Assembly: GCA_965219955.1 (NCBI GenBank)
Contig: OZ244799.1
Span: 2,976,001-3,040,000, forward strand
Reading direction: 5' to 3'
DNA: 64,000 nucleotides
DNA from: a bacterium
GTDB taxonomy: Bacteria; UBA8248
The translations under genes were made by a program, and so were the position numbers. The notes under the pieces were generated by a model. The model saw nothing but the letters and a program-made list of their open reading frames with translations, was not told where the DNA came from and did no database searches. Of the stretch, positions 60,745-64,000 are shown piece by piece; positions within the stretch are counted from its first letter, which is position 1, and the number at the start of each line of letters is the position of its first letter.

Positions 60745-60921
60745 TGCAAGGACGGATTGACAAGATTCCGGCGCGAAGCCTACAAAGAGAGCCGCAAGCA
60801 GCAATTTGAAGATGAGCAACGGCCCTTCTTCTATGGATCATCGAACTGAAAATGCGGTCTGAAACTGCAAAATCCGGGCGGGGAAACGCGCCTCGTCCAT
60901 GAAAATCGAGGGGAGAATTCC

Positions 60922-62703
60922 ATGAAGGTTCAAAAGGTGGGCGTCGTCGGTCTGGGAACGATGGGCTCGAACATCGCCATCGTATGCGCCCGCGGCGGCA
61001 AGGAGACGGTCGTGTTCGAGGCGAACGCGAAGGCCATGGAGGCCGGCATGGGGCGGGTGCGCTCGTTCTTGGACTCCGGCGTCGAGAAGGGCAAGACCAC
61101 CCCCGGGGAGAGAGACGCGATGATGGGCCGGATCACGCAGGCCGGTTCGCTCTCGAAACTCGAGGATTGCGAACTGGTGATCGAGGCCATCACCGAAGAC
61201 CGAGAGGAGAAGAACAAGCTGCTCCGCAGCCTGAACGCCGTTCTGGGCGACAGCGCCATCATCGCGTCCAACACGAGCACGCTCTCCATCTCCCACATGG
61301 GGGCGGCGTCGGGGCGGCCGGCCCGGACTATCGGCACCCACTTCTGCCTGCCGGCCGCGCTCAACAAGCTCGTGGAAGTCGTGCCCGGCCTGCTCACGAG
61401 CGATGAGACCGTGAGTGCGACGAGCGCCTTTCTGGAAGAAGTCGGGCAGACGCCCGTGACGGTCAAGGACTGGCCGGGCTTCGTGCTCAACTACTTCCTC
61501 GTGGCGTTCCAGAACGACTGCATCCGCCTGATCGAGTCGGGCTACACGAACCCGGCGGACCTGGACGCGGGCGTGCGGCTCGGCCTCGGCTACAGGATGG
61601 GCCCCATGCGCCTGCTCGACATCGAGGGGCTCGACATCCACCGCACGGTCTCGCTCTCGATGTACGAACAGTTGAAAGACCCGCGCTACATTCCCCCGCC
61701 GCTGGTGGACCGCATGATAGATGCGGGCCACTTGGGCGCGAAGACGGGCAAGGGGTTTTACACCTATAAATCCGCAGGACTATTCGGCGTCGCGGAACCC
61801 GAAGAAGACTCCGCGAACGCGCGCGACTTATCCCGCGGCCAGCCCATCGCGGACGCGGTGAAGAAAGTGGGCGTCATCGGCCTCGGCGCCATGGGGTCGG
61901 GCATCGCGCAGGTCTGCATCACCGCAGGGCTGGAAGTTACCGGCATAGAAGTAAACCCGGAGGCTCTCGAAGCGGGCCTCACCCGCATCCGCCGGAACCT
62001 GGACGGCGCGGTCAAGCGCGGAAAGATGGACGAAGCGCGGAAAGAGGAAACGCTGGCGCGCCTCGGCGGTTCGACCGACCTGGAGGCGCTTTCCGACTGC
62101 GACCTCATCATCGAGGTGATCGTGGAGAACCTGGGCGCCAAGCTCGAACTCTTCGAAAAGCTGGGAGAGATCGCGAAAGAAGGCGCCGTCATCGCTTCGA
62201 ACACCTCGTGCCTGTCGGTGACCGCCATGGCGGCGAAGACGAAAGCCCCCGAGCGCGTGGTGGGCCTCCACTTCTTCAACCCGCCCTACGCGATGCGGCT
62301 CGTCGAGGTGATCGAGGCCGTCCAGACGGCGCCCGAGATCACCGAGTTCGGAATCGCGTTCTGCAACCGCATCGGCAAGACGCCGATTCCCGTCAAGGAC
62401 AGGCCGGGGTTCCTGGTGAACCGCCTGCTCGTGCCCTATCTCAACCACGCCGCCCATGCGTTCGACGAAGGCCTCGCGGACAGGGAGAGCATGGACAAGG
62501 CCATCAGCATGGGGCTGGGACACCCGATGGGGCCGCTCACGCTCATCGACCTGGTGGGAATCGACGTGCAGACCTTCGTCGCCGATTCGATGGCCGAAGA
62601 GCTGGGCGAGGCGAGGTTCTACGCGCCGCCCATCCTGCGCCGGATGAACTCGGCGGGGTGGCTGGGGAGAAAGACGGGCAAGGGCTTTTATGACTACGAA
62701 TAG
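60922..62703 (+). CDS. 3-hydroxyacyl-CoA dehydrogenase, two fused full-length units
   Basis: Two GxGxMG Rossmann motifs, two ASNTS motifs and two GxKTGKGFY motifs. Confidence 0.92.
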   Translation: MKVQKVGVVGLGTMGSNIAIVCARGGKETVVFEANAKAMEAGMGRVRSFLDSGVEKGKTTPGERDAMMGRITQAGSLSKLEDCELVIEAITEDREEKNKLLRSLNAVLGDSAIIASNTSTLSISHMGAASGRPARTIGTHFCLPAALNKLVEVVPGLLTSDETVSATSAFLEEVGQTPVTVKDWPGFVLNYFLVAFQNDCIRLIESGYTNPADLDAGVRLGLGYRMGPMRLLDIEGLDIHRTVSLSMYEQLKDPRYIPPPLVDRMIDAGHLGAKTGKGFYTYKSAGLFGVAEPEEDSANARDLSRGQPIADAVKKVGVIGLGAMGSGIAQVCITAGLEVTGIEVNPEALEAGLTRIRRNLDGAVKRGKMDEARKEETLARLGGSTDLEALSDCDLIIEVIVENLGAKLELFEKLGEIAKEGAVIASNTSCLSVTAMAAKTKAPERVVGLHFFNPPYAMRLVEVIEAVQTAPEITEFGIAFCNRIGKTPIPVKDRPGFLVNRLLVPYLNHAAHAFDEGLADRESMDKAISMGLGHPMGPLTLIDLVGIDVQTFVADSMAEELGEARFYAPPILRRMNSAGWLGRKTGKGFYDYE

Positions 62704-62776
62704 GCGCGCCCGCTAGCCGCCGCCCGGATTTCACGATGCGCATCGCCGCCGCGCCCATCGAACGGGGAGAGGAGCG

Positions 62777-63751
62777 ATGAGCCGCGCGTTCGCAAAACCC
62801 GTCGTCGTGGTGAGCAAGTGCCTGGAGTTCGAGGCCTGCCGCTACAACGGCGAGCGCATCTCCTCATCCTTCATCGAACGGCTCGAACCGCACGTGCGCT
62901 TCCGGCCCGTCTGCCCCGAGGTGGAGATCGGGCTGGGCACGCCGAGGGACCCGATACGAATCCATTTGCAACGCGAGCGGAAGGTCCTCTACCAGCCGAG
63001 CACGCGCAAACACCTGACTCAGGACATGAACGCCTTCGCCGAGAAATTCCTGGGGAGCCTCGAAGAAGTCGACGGCTTTATTCTCAAGGCGAAATCCCCG
63101 TCGTGTGCGATCGACGACGCGAAGATATTCCCCACAGCTGCTTCCGCGAACCATACCGCCCTGGGGGCGGGCCTGTTCGCAGGGGCCGTGCTCGAAGCGT
63201 TCGGCTCCCGCGCTTTCGCCGACGAGGCCGGCCTGAACGAACTGAGCGTTCGCACAGCTTTCCTCACCAAAATCTTCGCGCTCGCCAGTTTCAGGGAAGC
63301 CAGGGAATCCGGCCGCGCCGCCCGCCTCGTCCGCTACCACGCGGAGAACAAGCTGCTGTTCATGGCCTACGACCAATCGACAATGCGCGAGATGGGCCGA
63401 ATCACAGCGAATCACGAAAAACATGAGTTCAGCGAGGCCGCCGCCCGATACGAGGACGCGCTCTCAAGGCTCCTCGCCCGTCCGCCCGGCCAAGCCTCAT
63501 GGGTGAACGCCCTCACCCACGCGATGGGGCATCTATCTGAGAAAATCAGCAGAGAAGAAAAGAAGCGCTTTCTCGATGCGCTGGAAGAATACCGAGAGGG
63601 GAGAATCCTGCTGGATAGGCCGCTTGATATGCTTCGGAAGTGGAGCGAGTGTTTCGGCTCCGAATATCTGGAGGGGCAGACCATTTTCGAACCCTTTCCG
63701 AGGGTGTTGGGGGTCAATCGCGACCGAGGAGGGAGCGATTGCTCCGATTGA
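62777..63751 (+). CDS. DUF523 + DUF1722 (YbbK/YbgA-like) protein
   Basis: VSKCL...CRYNG, VCPEVEIGLGTPR, LKAKSPSC, HAENKLLFMA, YLEGQT.FEPFP. Confidence 0.9.
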   Translation: MSRAFAKPVVVVSKCLEFEACRYNGERISSSFIERLEPHVRFRPVCPEVEIGLGTPRDPIRIHLQRERKVLYQPSTRKHLTQDMNAFAEKFLGSLEEVDGFILKAKSPSCAIDDAKIFPTAASANHTALGAGLFAGAVLEAFGSRAFADEAGLNELSVRTAFLTKIFALASFREARESGRAARLVRYHAENKLLFMAYDQSTMREMGRITANHEKHEFSEAAARYEDALSRLLARPPGQASWVNALTHAMGHLSEKISREEKKRFLDALEEYREGRILLDRPLDMLRKWSECFGSEYLEGQTIFEPFPRVLGVNRDRGGSDCSD

Positions 63752-63792
63752 AGAAGGGACTGCGGCTCACCCACGAAAAGGGAAAAGCCCTC

Positions 63793-63816
63793 GTAGGGGC
63801 GGCTCGCGAGCCGCCC
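63793..63816. repeat. Single GTAG-type REP palindrome
   Basis: GTAGGGGCGGCTCGCGAGCCGCCC. Confidence 0.6.
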
Positions 63817-63933
63817 TTGCAAAAAACAACGCTTCCGCATTTACTCCATTCACTTCGGGCGTGAACAACTACTGGCGTCTACAGGGTATAATCGTTAGGA
63901 TGCCCGGATAAGTCGATGGAGGAATTACACCCG

Positions 63934-64000
63934 ATGAGCGGAACAACGATTGAGTCCGTGCATATCCGCGGTTTCAGATCTTTAGCGAACGTCGAGGTGA
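63934..64000 (+). CDS. N-terminus of an ABC/SMC-type ATPase (AAA_21-like), truncated by the window end
   Basis: GGAGG RBS; MSGTTIESVHIRGFRSLANVEV. Confidence 0.65.
   Translation, partial: MSGTTIESVHIRGFRSLANVEV

Overview
High-GC bacterial chromosomal window with no rRNA, tRNA or CRISPR array that I can see. The backbone is housekeeping and catabolic: RND efflux pair, haloalkane dehalogenase, moaA plus two moeA, tatA, a class V aminotransferase, a CoA-transferase/acyl-CoA dehydrogenase/MaoC cluster, rpmG-rpmB, an AddAB-like pair, homoserine dehydrogenase, a ThDP enzyme and a tandem 3-hydroxyacyl-CoA dehydrogenase. Many lower-GC islets of one or two genes interrupt it: two standalone P-loop ATPases, a Panacea toxin-antitoxin pair, a PRTase+SLOG (ShosTA-like) pair, MNT-HEPN, HicB with a truncated HicA, and DUF559. 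It also has a Slam transporter with a TbpB-like lipoprotein, two ankyrin-repeat proteins, one IS1182-family and one IS256-family element, and about 12 intergenic mosaics made of IS1182-type ends around several REP-like palindrome families. The ankyrins, Slam lipoprotein and dehalogenase hint at a host-associated (e.g. sponge) bacterium; this is inference only. The most striking unexplained signal is that both standalone ATPases are preceded by three copies of their own long AT-rich palindrome. In the first case three 61-bp palindromes sit at an exact 157-bp period (about 15 helical turns) with diverged 96-bp spacers.
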